From: Syntrophaceae bacterium
Lineage (GTDB): Bacteria > Desulfobacterota > BSN033 > UBA1163
NCBI GenBank assembly: GCA_013388635.1
Contig: JACAEX010000032.1
Span: 2,112-66,111, forward strand
Direction: 5' to 3'
DNA length: 64,000 bases
Part shown: one piece after another, positions 29,571 through 39,494 of the stretch
Numbering within the stretch: position 1 is the first letter of the stretch
Layout: each line of letters starts with the position of its first letter
Position numbers and translations under genes: made by a program
The notes under the pieces: generated by a model
The model's database searches: none
Seen by the model: only the letters and a program-made list of their open reading frames with translations
Told to the model about the DNA's origin: nothing

Positions 29571-31136
29571 TCACTCCCATTCGATCGTGCTGGGTGGCTT
29601 CGAACTGATGTCGTAAACCACGCGGTTCACCCCTTTTACCTCGTTAATGATCCGATTGGCGATCTCTCCCAATACAGGATGAGGCAATCTCGCCCAGTCT
29701 GCTGTCATTCCATCCTGGCTTCTGACCACCCTCAATGCGACCGCGTGCTCATAGCTCCGTTCGTCTCCCATCACTCCAACCGTCTTCACTGGCAGCAGAA
29801 TGGCGAAGGACTGCCAAACCCGATCCAGCCAGTGCGCCTTCTCCATCTCCTGGATGACGATCTCATCCGCTGCCCTGACGATCTCCAACCTATCCCTGGT
29901 GACCTCTCCGATCACCCGAATGGCGAGCCCAGGACCAGGAAAGGGTTGGCGACCGACCACCTCCTTTGGCAACCCCAACACCCTGCCCAGCTCTCTCACC
30001 TCGTCCTTGAAGAGCTCCCGGAGCGGTTCCACTAATTTTAACCTCATCCTCTCCGGCAGGCCTCCCACATTGTGATGGCTCTTAATCTTGGAGGAAGGGC
30101 CTTTCGTCGAAACGCTTTCGATCACGTCCGGATAGAGGGTCCCCTGGGCCAGGTACTCCACTCCACCGATCTTTTTCGCCTCCCTCTCAAAGACGGAGAT
30201 AAATGCCCTTCCGATCCTCTTTCTCTTCTCCTCCGGATCGGTTATCCCCCTCAACCTCTTCAAAAAATGGTCTTCCGCATCGACATAGATCAGGGGGATA
30301 TTGAAATGGTGCTGGAAGAGCCTGACCACTTGAGAGGCCTCGTTCTTCCTCAACAGGCCGTTGTTCACAAAGATGCATTTCAGCCGATCACCGATCACTC
30401 GGTGGAGGAGAAGGGCAACGACCGTGGAGTCGATGCCGCCGCTTAAGGCACAGATCACCTTCCGGGACCCAATCCTCTTGCGCAGATCACGGGCCGCCTC
30501 CTCTAAAAAGGATTGCATCGTCCAAAGCCTGGAGCACCCGCAGATCTCGAAGAGGAAATTCCTGATGATCTCCAGACCCTTGGGAGTATGAACCACCTCA
30601 GGATGGAACTGGAGCCCGTAGATTCTCTTCGCGGCATCCTCAATCGCAGCAAAAGGGGTGTTTCTTGAATGGGCAAGGCCACGGAATCCAGAAGGCAATC
30701 TGCGAACCTGATCCCCATGGCTCATCCACACCTCAAGCGCGCCTCCCTCTGTGCCGATCTTTTTAAAGAGTCTGCCGGGTCGATCAAGGATCAACCTGGC
30801 CTTCCCATATTCTCTCCTCTCCGATCGGACGACCTCGCCACCTAATAAATGGCTGATCAATTGCATCCCATAGCATATCCCAAGAACAGGGATGCCCATC
30901 CTGAGGAGATAGGGGTCGCAGAGCGGTGCCTCCTTCTGATAGATGCTCGCAGGTCCGCCTGAAAAGATAATCCCTTTCGGAGAAAGAGCCCTCACCCTTT
31001 CCACAGGGATATCGTAAGGATGAATTTCGCTATAGATCTGGCATTCCCTCACCCTTCGGGCGATCAACTGGGTATACTGGGAACCAAAGTCAAGAATGAG
31101 TATCCTGTCAAATTGGGCTTTTGAAGCATACTTCAT
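29571..31136 (-). CDS. guaA: GMP synthase (glutamine-hydrolysing)
   Basis: GATase1 ([20 protein letters not shown], Cys in GICYGMQ). ATP-PPase SGGIDS. C-terminal dimerisation domain. 521 aa. Confidence 0.95.
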   Translation of the reverse strand: MKYASKAQFDRILILDFGSQYTQLIARRVRECQIYSEIHPYDIPVERVRALSPKGIIFSGGPASIYQKEAPLCDPYLLRMGIPVLGICYGMQLISHLLGGEVVRSERREYGKARLILDRPGRLFKKIGTEGGALEVWMSHGDQVRRLPSGFRGLAHSRNTPFAAIEDAAKRIYGLQFHPEVVHTPKGLEIIRNFLFEICGCSRLWTMQSFLEEAARDLRKRIGSRKVICALSGGIDSTVVALLLHRVIGDRLKCIFVNNGLLRKNEASQVVRLFQHHFNIPLIYVDAEDHFLKRLRGITDPEEKRKRIGRAFISVFEREAKKIGGVEYLAQGTLYPDVIESVSTKGPSSKIKSHHNVGGLPERMRLKLVEPLRELFKDEVRELGRVLGLPKEVVGRQPFPGPGLAIRVIGEVTRDRLEIVRAADEIVIQEMEKAHWLDRVWQSFAILLPVKTVGVMGDERSYEHAVALRVVRSQDGMTADWARLPHPVLGEIANRIINEVKGVNRVVYDISSKPPSTIEWE

Positions 31137-31180
31137 CTAAGTTGAGGACCTTAAATTCTTTTCCTGTCTGGGTTTTGAAT

Positions 31181-32293
31181 TTAGTGTTTCAAGAGATACT
31201 CCTCACCCCTTAACTCATATTGATAAGCGATCCCTTTCCCGTAGAAGAGTTCTTCCTTCCGGAGCAACTGGGCGGAGACCAGGTTTTCGAGCTGGCTGGG
31301 ATAGGTTCCTGTCTCCAGGTAGTAGATCTCCAGGGCGTTCTTGATTCGGTCGACCCTTGCTTTTTGAATCAGGTGGGTGGGGACCTCGACCTCCACGCGC
31401 TCTATTTTCGACTCTAAGAGATGGCTGAAAAAGTCCGGTCTCAAATAGGCGAGGAGCAAAAAGAGGAGGATGGCAACGCCTGCGAGAGAGGCGACGGAAA
31501 GGATCTCTCTAAGATTGATCGTCCTCACCCTGGTCATCAGGCTCGGGGTCAAAACGCCTGCGATCTCGATCATTCCGGCGTCCAGGAGGGAGGCCAAGAT
31601 CTCACTCGCATTAAATCTTCCGAAGAGGCTCCGGTCAATAATCTCCTGGACCGTCCGGGTTCCGTCCACCAGACCGTAGACCAGTTCCTGCTCAGGGGTG
31701 AGCCTCTCCTTCACTCCCTCGAGAAGAGCGAGTCCTCCGGCCGATCCCTCTCCTTTCTCCTGGGTTTTTCGAAAGACCAGGTAAGGGGAGAAAATCTTCT
31801 TTTCGATCTCCGACCACTCATCCGCCATCCTCAAAATGTTCAATAAGACCTGTTCCGTGCTCAGGGCAAAGGGGATCTTCTTATAAACCTCCACCGTCTT
31901 CAGGTCAAAATAGAACTCACCTTCTTGCCACCAGAACAGGTCGTAGATCGTCTCATAAGCCTGCGTCGAAATGACCTTTAACACATCCTCCTTGGTCAGC
32001 AACTGGAGCTCGACGAAAATCTCCCCTAAGTACTTGCGCGTCTCCTTCTGAATCCTCAACACTCGCTCCAGCTGCTCCTGGGTGATCAATTGAACCTTCA
32101 CAAAGATCTCACCGATGAGATCCTTCTTCCCGCGGTAATTGGAGTAGACATGGACGATCATTCCATCTGCAAAATAGATTTCGACGACCTTTTTTCCCTG
32201 ACGGATCCTGAGAACTCCGGTCTTCAGCTGCTGACCGATCAGTTGGAGAACATCGGTGATGCTGAAGTCCTTCAAATTCCCTTGAAGTGCCAT
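31181..32293 (-). CDS. Fusion protein: DUF4388 domain + tandem MshEN/T2SSE_N-like motifs + one TM helix + GspG-like pseudopilin globular domain. Function unknown.
   Basis: N-terminus NLKDFSITDVLQLIGQQLKTGVLRIRQGKKVVEIYFADGMIVHV fits DUF4388. Two 24-aa LGEIFV..Q..T.E..L...L..Q motifs are separated by a 5-aa linker (KETRK), the MshEN c-di-GMP-binding geometry. TM helix ILSVASLAGVAILLFLLLAYL. C-terminal ARVDRIKNALEIYYLETGTYPSQLENLV...GKGIAYQY matches the GspG/T2SSG core. There is no prepilin-peptidase site. A good RBS (GGAGAGG) precedes the ATG. Confidence 0.5.
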   Translation of the reverse strand: MALQGNLKDFSITDVLQLIGQQLKTGVLRIRQGKKVVEIYFADGMIVHVYSNYRGKKDLIGEIFVKVQLITQEQLERVLRIQKETRKYLGEIFVELQLLTKEDVLKVISTQAYETIYDLFWWQEGEFYFDLKTVEVYKKIPFALSTEQVLLNILRMADEWSEIEKKIFSPYLVFRKTQEKGEGSAGGLALLEGVKERLTPEQELVYGLVDGTRTVQEIIDRSLFGRFNASEILASLLDAGMIEIAGVLTPSLMTRVRTINLREILSVASLAGVAILLFLLLAYLRPDFFSHLLESKIERVEVEVPTHLIQKARVDRIKNALEIYYLETGTYPSQLENLVSAQLLRKEELFYGKGIAYQYELRGEEYLLKH

Positions 32294-32302
32294 GGTCCTC
32301 TC

Positions 32303-34201
32303 CTACAATTTCTTAATCTCGACTCTCGGTCTGAATTGAAATATCTGCCAGAGCGATACCAAATAGAGAAGTGCGAAGAGGCTTATCCATGAGACCACCT
32401 CCCCCGGAGCCCGGGGCAGGCCCGGCGCTGCTGAAGGGACGACCCCGTCCAGATAGATCAACCTCAAAAGGAGGACAAGGAACAGGAAGAGAAGGACCGA
32501 TCCTCTGACGAATTGCTCCCTCCATAAGTATCCAAATCCGAGAAAGAAGAAGGAGAGAAATCGCATGATCAGCTGGTCCTCTTTCTGAAATTGCTTGACC
32601 TGGAAAGATTTCCTCTCCAGGATCCTCGGATGGAGCTTCTCTTTCTCCGTAAAGATGCGATGGCAGTTGAAACACCTGATCTCCTTTTCCACGGTTCCCG
32701 TGTAGAGCCGGTAGGTGGGGACCCCGCACATCGGGCACCGGGCCAGAAATCGCCTGGTCCGGCTATAGCCAAACATCCCTGCTAAGAACCCGAGGAAGAG
32801 GATCGGAATCAGAGGAAAATTCCTCGACGGCACCTCTTCAAACCAGCCCCTCAAAAGGCTGAGGAAGAACTCCTCTTTTACGATCGACTCACTCACAAAC
32901 CTCTTCCAGAGTCTGCTCGTCGTCAACCACTGATCGATCACCAGGCGGTTGATGTTGGCCGAGTCGATCCCCGAGTAGTAGTCCACCAGGGCCGGGTCCA
33001 ATTCTCTTGCCTTTTGAAAGATCTGGTCTGTCTCACTCGAAAGAAAGGTCTCCTGGGTACGCGCACGGTAAAGGTTATAGTAATAAGCGCCTCTCTTCGG
33101 ATCGATATGGATGGCCCGTTGATAGGAGGCAATCGCCGGCTGGATCTGTTTCTGGGCCATATAGACGTTCCCGAGATTGGAAATCGCTTCGCTGAATTCA
33201 GGCTCTCTTTGAATAGCCTTCTTATAAAATTCCTCCGCCTGGGAATACCGACCCCGCTTCTTTTCGATCAATCCGAGGGTGAAAAGGACCTCCGCGTCAT
33301 CTGGCCGGGCCGACACCCACTCCTTCAACCTCTCCACCGTGGTTTTATCCCACTCCTCATGGTTGGCCTGATACATTCGCAGAAGGACGTCCGAGGAGGG
33401 GCTGTTCAAAAAGGAAGAAAAGGTGCGAAGGAAAAGGGGGAGATAAACCAGCACGATGAGAAAGACCAAGATATATCGCTTCTCCCATCTGGTTACGTAG
33501 CCCCAGAGCAATATCGACCAGAACAGGATCGCCCATAGCATGTCAAGACGGAAGAAGAATGGGATGAAGAGGATAAGAATCTTGAGGCCCATCAGAAATC
33601 CCTTGGGGAGCATTTGAGGCACGGCCCTTCGGACATCGTGGAGATAGAGGGGGAGATATTTGATCATCACCACAATCCCGAAGATCATAAAGGTCAGAAG
33701 GATGGCATTCGAAAAGATATAGAGGGTGTCGTAAAAAAGCCGGACTGAACTAGGGTAGTGCTGGAGCCGAGCCTTCTGACCCTTGATGAGGATGGAAAGG
33801 ACCTCGAAGAATTCGAAAGGACCCTCGTGCCAGCGGGCCCGTGCCAGCTCGAAATAAGGCTGCGGCAGATCAGGTGAAAACTGGATGGCGTATGTGGCCA
33901 GCTCAAGGCCTCGGTTGGGGTCTCCATCCTGGATCGCCTTTTCAGCCTCCCGGATCAGGGCGTAAGAGAGGATGGGAAGGTTTCGGATTCCCCTGTCCAG
34001 TTTTGCTTCGTGGAGCGAATCCACTGTTTTTTTGCTCAGCGGGAAGATCTTCTTAAGCTCCCATCCCCGTTCTGATGGAGAAGGGCCTTCGACTGAAAAA
34101 AAGTCTTTGGAAAAAGGAAGGGGCTCTCGCTTCGTCAGAAAGCCCATGGAGTAGAAGACAGAAAAGACGAGAATGATCAGGATGAAAACCACTTTCTTCA
34201 T
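32303..34201 (-). CDS. Polytopic membrane protein with TPR repeats and a C4 zinc-ribbon (CPMCG...CFNCH)
   Basis: Several TPR-like repeats (AEEFYKKAIQREPEFSEAISNLGNVY, AIASYQRAIHIDP). Multiple TM helices in the N-terminal, middle and C-terminal regions. Likely start at MKKVVFIL. Lies 9 nt upstream of the DUF4388 fusion gene on the same strand. Confidence 0.6.
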   Translation of the reverse strand: MKKVVFILIILVFSVFYSMGFLTKREPLPFSKDFFSVEGPSPSERGWELKKIFPLSKKTVDSLHEAKLDRGIRNLPILSYALIREAEKAIQDGDPNRGLELATYAIQFSPDLPQPYFELARARWHEGPFEFFEVLSILIKGQKARLQHYPSSVRLFYDTLYIFSNAILLTFMIFGIVVMIKYLPLYLHDVRRAVPQMLPKGFLMGLKILILFIPFFFRLDMLWAILFWSILLWGYVTRWEKRYILVFLIVLVYLPLFLRTFSSFLNSPSSDVLLRMYQANHEEWDKTTVERLKEWVSARPDDAEVLFTLGLIEKKRGRYSQAEEFYKKAIQREPEFSEAISNLGNVYMAQKQIQPAIASYQRAIHIDPKRGAYYYNLYRARTQETFLSSETDQIFQKARELDPALVDYYSGIDSANINRLVIDQWLTTSRLWKRFVSESIVKEEFFLSLLRGWFEEVPSRNFPLIPILFLGFLAGMFGYSRTRRFLARCPMCGVPTYRLYTGTVEKEIRCFNCHRIFTEKEKLHPRILERKSFQVKQFQKEDQLIMRFLSFFFLGFGYLWREQFVRGSVLLFLFLVLLLRLIYLDGVVPSAAPGLPRAPGEVVSWISLFALLYLVSLWQIFQFRPRVEIKKL

Positions 34202-34327
34202 AGACCCACCGTTCCGTCGGACTCCCCGGAGGCTCCTGGACGTGGCCAAGGCTTGGCCGCTCTCTAATAGAATGGAGGATTTTTTCGGACCCCACCTTTA
34301 CAACAGATCTGCAGAGGAACCCCTTGC

Positions 34328-35806
34328 TTATTCCAGCCGATAATTCGGGGCCTCTTTGGTAATGATCACATCGTGGACATGGCTCTCCCTCAAGCCGGAG
34401 GATGTGATCCGAACAAATCTTGCCTTCGCCTTCAATTCCTGAAGATTCCTCGCACCCAGATAACCCATGCCGGATTTCAGCCCTCCAATGAGCTGTTGAA
34501 TACAGAAGGAGAGCGCCCCACGGTAAGGAACCCTTCCCTCAATCCCTTCGGGCACCAGCTTGGCCTCGTTCTCGACATCGCCCTGGAAGTAGCGATCCCG
34601 GCTGCCTTCTTTCATCGCCTCCAGGGAGCCCATGCCCCTGTAGACCTTGTAGCTCCTGCCCTGAAAAAGTACGATCTCACCCGGGGTCTCATCCGTCCCT
34701 GCAAATAGATTTCCGATCATCACGCACTGCGCCCCTGCCGCGATGGCCTTCGTAATATCTCCTGAAAATTTGATCCCGCCGTCTGCAATAATCGGCACCC
34801 CATACTTCTCTGAAATCTCAGCAGTCTCCAGGATTGCGGAGAGCTGTGGAACCCCCACTCCTGCAACGATCCGCGTCGTGCAGATCGATCCTGGTCCGAC
34901 ACCCACCTTGATCCCGTCGGCTCCAGCCTTGACCAGATCAAGGGCCCCCTCTTTCGTCGCCACATTCCCTGCGATGACCTGGAGATCCGGGAAATTCTCT
35001 TTTGTATCGCGAAGAGACTCCAATACATCCCTCGAGTGGCCATGGGCGGTGTCGATCACCAGGACATCCACACCCGCCTTGACAAGTGCTTCGGTCCTGG
35101 CCTCCCGGTCTTTTCCGGGACCGATCGCAGCCCCGACACGGAGACGGCCGAGGGCATCCTTGCAGGAGTTGGGATACTTTCTCATCTTCTCAATGTCTTT
35201 GATCGTGATCAGGCCTTTGAGATTGTTGTGTTGGTCCACGACCAGCAATTTCTCGATCCTGTGCCGATGGAGGATCTCCTTGGCCTCTTCCAGTGTGGTC
35301 CCCACCGGAACGGTGATCAGATGATCCTTGGTCATCACCGTAGAAATCTTTTCGTCCAATCTTTTCTCGAATCTCAGGTCCCGGTTGGTCAGAATGCCCA
35401 CCAGCTTGCCTTCTTTTGTGATCGGAACGCCTGAGATCCGATACTTCTTCATGATCTCCACAGCCTCAAAGATCTTCTGATCGGGGTGCATCGTAATCGG
35501 GTTGGTGATCATCCCACTTTCAGATTTCTTTACCTTATCGACTTCCAGGGCCTGATCCGAAATCGATAGATTACGGTGGATGATGCCGATCCCCCCCTCT
35601 TGGGCCATGGAGATTGCAGTCCTCGACTCCGTGACCGTATCCATCGCTGCGCTGACCAGAGGGATGTTTAACTGGATCGTCCTCGTCAACCGGGTGCTGA
35701 CATCGACATCCCGAGGCAACACTGCTGAGAAAGCCGGAAGGAGTGACACATCATCAAAGGTCAGACACTCTTCAGGGCTCATGATGCTCGCCATGGTCTC
35801 CCTCAC
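34328..35806 (-). CDS. guaB: IMP dehydrogenase
   Basis: [12 protein letters not shown]-terminus. Tandem CBS domains. Catalytic loop [28 protein letters not shown]. Confidence 0.9.
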   Translation of the reverse strand: MRETMASIMSPEECLTFDDVSLLPAFSAVLPRDVDVSTRLTRTIQLNIPLVSAAMDTVTESRTAISMAQEGGIGIIHRNLSISDQALEVDKVKKSESGMITNPITMHPDQKIFEAVEIMKKYRISGVPITKEGKLVGILTNRDLRFEKRLDEKISTVMTKDHLITVPVGTTLEEAKEILHRHRIEKLLVVDQHNNLKGLITIKDIEKMRKYPNSCKDALGRLRVGAAIGPGKDREARTEALVKAGVDVLVIDTAHGHSRDVLESLRDTKENFPDLQVIAGNVATKEGALDLVKAGADGIKVGVGPGSICTTRIVAGVGVPQLSAILETAEISEKYGVPIIADGGIKFSGDITKAIAAGAQCVMIGNLFAGTDETPGEIVLFQGRSYKVYRGMGSLEAMKEGSRDRYFQGDVENEAKLVPEGIEGRVPYRGALSFCIQQLIGGLKSGMGYLGARNLQELKAKARFVRITSSGLRESHVHDVIITKEAPNYRLE

Positions 35807-35820
35807 TCTCTTTCACTAAT

Positions 35821-37485
35821 TTAAAGTGATATATCAGACGAAACCCCATTTGTCAATCGGTCTCGGGCCATCCCATTCCACAGCTTCTTCTCGATGGCCG
35901 CAAAGAGCTTGTGAAGGCTCTCGGGTTGAAGCGCACTGATGGCCACCCCTCCATATTTCCTGCAAATCGCCTCCGCCTCCTCCGGGTTCAGTTTGTCCAC
36001 CTTATTGAAGACCCTCACCGTGGGCAGACCGCTCAGTTTTAACTCAGAAAGGGTCCTCTCAACGGCCTCGATCTTCTCTTCAAGAAATCGACTGCTGATA
36101 TCGATGAGATGGATCAACAGGTCCGATTCCTGCAACTCCTCAAAGGTCGGCCGGAAGGCGCCGATCAGATCCTCGGGTAAATCCCTGATGAAGCCGACTG
36201 TATCGGTGATCACCACCTCACGGATCCGGCTTCCGATTGGCGACGAGGCTGGAAAGCGCAATCTCCTCGTTGCCGTATCCAGGGTGGAAAAGAGTCTGTC
36301 CTCCACCTGAAACTGACTCCTGGTGAGAAGGTTAAAGAGGGTGGTCTTTCCCGCGTTGGTATATCCAATAATCGAAACCGTCGGGATTCCGGTCTTTGCC
36401 CGTCTTGCCCTGCCCTGCTCTCTTCTCATGCTCAGCCTCTTGAGCTCCCTCTCCAGGAGATGGATGCGGTCTCGCACCCTTCGGCGGTCGATCTCCAGCT
36501 TCGTCTCTCCCGGGCCTCTTCCACCGATCCCACCGGTCAGTCTTGAGAGGGCCAGTGTCTTTTTCGCCAGTCGGGGCAGGAGGTATTTCAGTTGAGCCAG
36601 CTCCACCTGGATCTTTCCATCCAGTGTATGGGCGCGCTGTGCAAAGATATCGAGGATCAACTGTGTCCGATCAATCACCCTCAGTTCCGTGAAATCGGAG
36701 ATGGAAGCCATCTGCCCGGGTGTCAAATTCTGGTCAAAAATGATGAGGTCCACGCCTAACTGCATACATTTGACCAGCAGGTCTCTTAATTTTCCCTCCC
36801 CCATCAGGGTGGCAGGGTAGATCTTCTGAGGTCTCTGCACAACGGTGTCGACCACGAAGACGCCGCTCGACTCCGCCAGCTCTCTCAACTCCTCCATGGA
36901 CCTCTCGACACTGTCCCGACTCTCTCTGCTGACACTGATGAGAATCGCCTTCTCCTGAGGCCCCCGGAGCGGAACCGATCTCTGCCCCTTTTGAAATTCG
37001 TCCTCCAGAGATTGAATCCATTTCAAAAAGTCGATGTCCAAAAACATCGGCGAAGAAGGAGGAAGGATCTCCCACATCTTCTCTTCCGGGTTGTCAGGAA
37101 GGAGGTGGGCCGAATAGATCGGCCCAGGCGACCCATCGCCATCGAGCCCAATGGCAACGATCATGTCCAATCTCAAAAGAGCCAGGTCTGCCAGATCTTC
37201 TTCTGTCAGCGGCTCTCCCTGGAGGTGGGTATGAATGAGGCGCAGCCCCCTCAGACGTAGCAGACCGCTTCTATACCGAGAGAGGTCAGGGATCGTAATC
37301 CCCTTCTGATCTCCTACCATGACGATCTCGATCGATCCTCTACGGCCAACGAGGATGCCGATCTGGCGCCGAATTTCGCTGGAAAGATGAGAGAGAAGCC
37401 TGAGGAGTTCAGGCGTGGCAATCTTTTGAGGAGGAATTCTCCTCCGGTAAAGGCGTTCGATTCTCTTCACTTGGCTCGGTTTCAA
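35821..37485 (-). CDS. hflX: GTPase HflX (long form)
   Basis: HflX N-domain (VSRESR...LTPGQ). G1 GYTNAGKTTLFN. G3 DTVGF. N-terminal extension of about 130 aa. Confidence 0.85.
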   Translation of the reverse strand: MKPSQVKRIERLYRRRIPPQKIATPELLRLLSHLSSEIRRQIGILVGRRGSIEIVMVGDQKGITIPDLSRYRSGLLRLRGLRLIHTHLQGEPLTEEDLADLALLRLDMIVAIGLDGDGSPGPIYSAHLLPDNPEEKMWEILPPSSPMFLDIDFLKWIQSLEDEFQKGQRSVPLRGPQEKAILISVSRESRDSVERSMEELRELAESSGVFVVDTVVQRPQKIYPATLMGEGKLRDLLVKCMQLGVDLIIFDQNLTPGQMASISDFTELRVIDRTQLILDIFAQRAHTLDGKIQVELAQLKYLLPRLAKKTLALSRLTGGIGGRGPGETKLEIDRRRVRDRIHLLERELKRLSMRREQGRARRAKTGIPTVSIIGYTNAGKTTLFNLLTRSQFQVEDRLFSTLDTATRRLRFPASSPIGSRIREVVITDTVGFIRDLPEDLIGAFRPTFEELQESDLLIHLIDISSRFLEEKIEAVERTLSELKLSGLPTVRVFNKVDKLNPEEAEAICRKYGGVAISALQPESLHKLFAAIEKKLWNGMARDRLTNGVSSDISL

Positions 37486-37538
37486 ACCGAGAACGTTCCC
37501 GTAGATCCTATTAATTTAGCTCTCCTTTAAAGAAAATT

Positions 37539-38579
37539 TTACGATGGCGACCCCGTGATGTCAACCCTTCCCACCTCTCCTCTCTGCCCGCATCTTGAAA
37601 TCTGCACATCAAGAAAATGCCCAACCACCCAGAGATTGGTCACGAGATGATCCGTGACCTCCGTGGTCGTAAAAGAGGAACACCCTCTGGCTATGGACAT
37701 GAAGGGTATCAATTGGTCAGCAAGATGGGGATCGATGCAGCCATCCCTTTGGACATACCTCTTTAAAGAATCCACAGCCTCTCCGGCGACGTCCTCTGCC
37801 CTCTTCCCCCTTTCACCCAAAGAGGAGAAGCCTGCGATCGCCTTCTCAGATTCCGCCATCAGAAAAAGGAAGGAGCCCGGGCTGTTGGCAGGGGCATCCT
37901 CGATCAGTTCGATCTCAGCCTCCAGATTCAGCTCTGCCTCAATCCTTCTGATAGCCCAATCTCTCTGCCTCCGCACCACATGTTCAGGGAGATGGGAACT
38001 TGCAGAGATCCCACGAATCCTCTTCAGCCTGCCCCGATCGATCAAAACGACCGGCTTCAATTCCGAAGCGGGCTCAACCTCTACATGGACGATCCCGCCT
38101 CCCCTGGGGTACCAACCCCATCGTTCCAGTGTTGCCTCCAGGGATACCCCCATGGAGTTAAGGGTCGGGAAGAGAACCTGGTCAATGTAGTGGAAGGGAG
38201 GGCTCCAGGAGACATGCGTCCCTCCGACCAGAGTCAATCTGGATCGCTCTTTGGCGAGAGAGAGGGGAAGAAGGAGTCCCTGCATAAGAAGCGAAACTGA
38301 CCCCGCAGTTCCCACTTCGAATCTGTGGTTTCCGGGGACGATCTCTTGGGGGATGAAGGTGATCGTCTTTGAACCGATATGAAGGCCTTCTGTCCGCGCA
38401 CCGGTCATCCGCGCCAAGGCCTGGGCTCCTCTCAGGTGCTGGGGCTGAAGCCCGGGATTGCTCCGGCCTCCCCTGATGCTGTGAACCCTGACCGGTCTCC
38501 TCAAGACCGCTGAAAGGGCAAGGGAGGTCCTCAAGATCTGGCCACCGCCCTCTCCATAAGACCCATCGATCTCGATCAT
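37539..38579 (-). CDS. rtcA: RNA 3'-terminal phosphate cyclase
   Basis: MIEIDGSYGEGGGQILRTSLALS matches the RtcA N-terminus; His-adenylation site context. About 347 aa from MIEIDG. Confidence 0.85.
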   Translation of the reverse strand: MIEIDGSYGEGGGQILRTSLALSAVLRRPVRVHSIRGGRSNPGLQPQHLRGAQALARMTGARTEGLHIGSKTITFIPQEIVPGNHRFEVGTAGSVSLLMQGLLLPLSLAKERSRLTLVGGTHVSWSPPFHYIDQVLFPTLNSMGVSLEATLERWGWYPRGGGIVHVEVEPASELKPVVLIDRGRLKRIRGISASSHLPEHVVRRQRDWAIRRIEAELNLEAEIELIEDAPANSPGSFLFLMAESEKAIAGFSSLGERGKRAEDVAGEAVDSLKRYVQRDGCIDPHLADQLIPFMSIARGCSSFTTTEVTDHLVTNLWVVGHFLDVQISRCGQRGEVGRVDITGSPS

Positions 38580-38719
38580 CCCCTCTTCATGAGGTGTCAT
38601 AAAGATAGGTTATTGGAAAGATAATCCTTTGTCAACGCACCAAAAGGAGAGCAAAAATGGAGATTTGAAATCTATCCGATTCATGTTAGTCTTATAACAG
38701 AGTCTTTTAGGAGAAAGCA

Positions 38720-39475
38720 TTGTCCGAGTTGATCATTTTGGGTTCTGGAACGGGTATCCCGTACTTGAGAAGGGCATCTCCAGCACTCCTCTTAATATCT
38801 CAAAGCTCTGTGATGCTCATCGACAGCGGGTCTGGAACATTGAGGAGGATGCTGGAGGTGGGGATGACCTATCAAGATATCGACCTTATCCTCTACACGC
38901 ACATCCATCCGGACCATGTCTCAGAACTCGTCCCGATCCTGTTTGCCTCTAAGTATGCAGAGCTTCCGCGGAAGAAAGGCCTCACCATTTTGGCTGGACC
39001 TGGATTTAACTCCTATTTTGCTCAACTTCGGGAAATCCATGGACGCTGGATCGAACCTCAGTCCTATGATCTGACCGTGCACGAAACTTCCAAGGCCCCC
39101 TTTCTTTTCAGAGATATGAAGATTTTTTCAAAACCAATGGTCCATATGCCCGAGAGTGTGGGATTCCGCATCGAGTTTGAGGACGGAAGATCGGTGGTTG
39201 TCTCCGGCGATACCGACTATTGCCAGACCATTGTTGACCTCGCCTCGGAGACCGATCTCCTCGTCTTGGAGTGCTCCTTCCCCGATGGGAAGAAGGTCGA
39301 AGGCCACCTGACCCCGTCCCTCGCTGGAAGAATCGGGCTTGAATCCCGCTGTAAAAGGTTGATCCTGACCCATCTCTACCCTGTTTGTGACCAATTTCAA
39401 ATCGCGAAACCCTGCAAGGAGATTTTTGGAGGCGAGGTCATCCTGGCCGAAGACCTGATGAAGATCAGGATTTAG
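38720..39475 (+). CDS. MBL-fold metallo-hydrolase (RNase Z/ElaC-like short form)
   Basis: HIHPDH metal-binding motif. LIDSGSGT. Downstream Asp and His ligands. 251 aa. Confidence 0.7.
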   Translation: MSELIILGSGTGIPYLRRASPALLLISQSSVMLIDSGSGTLRRMLEVGMTYQDIDLILYTHIHPDHVSELVPILFASKYAELPRKKGLTILAGPGFNSYFAQLREIHGRWIEPQSYDLTVHETSKAPFLFRDMKIFSKPMVHMPESVGFRIEFEDGRSVVVSGDTDYCQTIVDLASETDLLVLECSFPDGKKVEGHLTPSLAGRIGLESRCKRLILTHLYPVCDQFQIAKPCKEIFGGEVILAEDLMKIRI

Positions 39476-39494
39476 AGGAGCGGGGTCTGATAAT

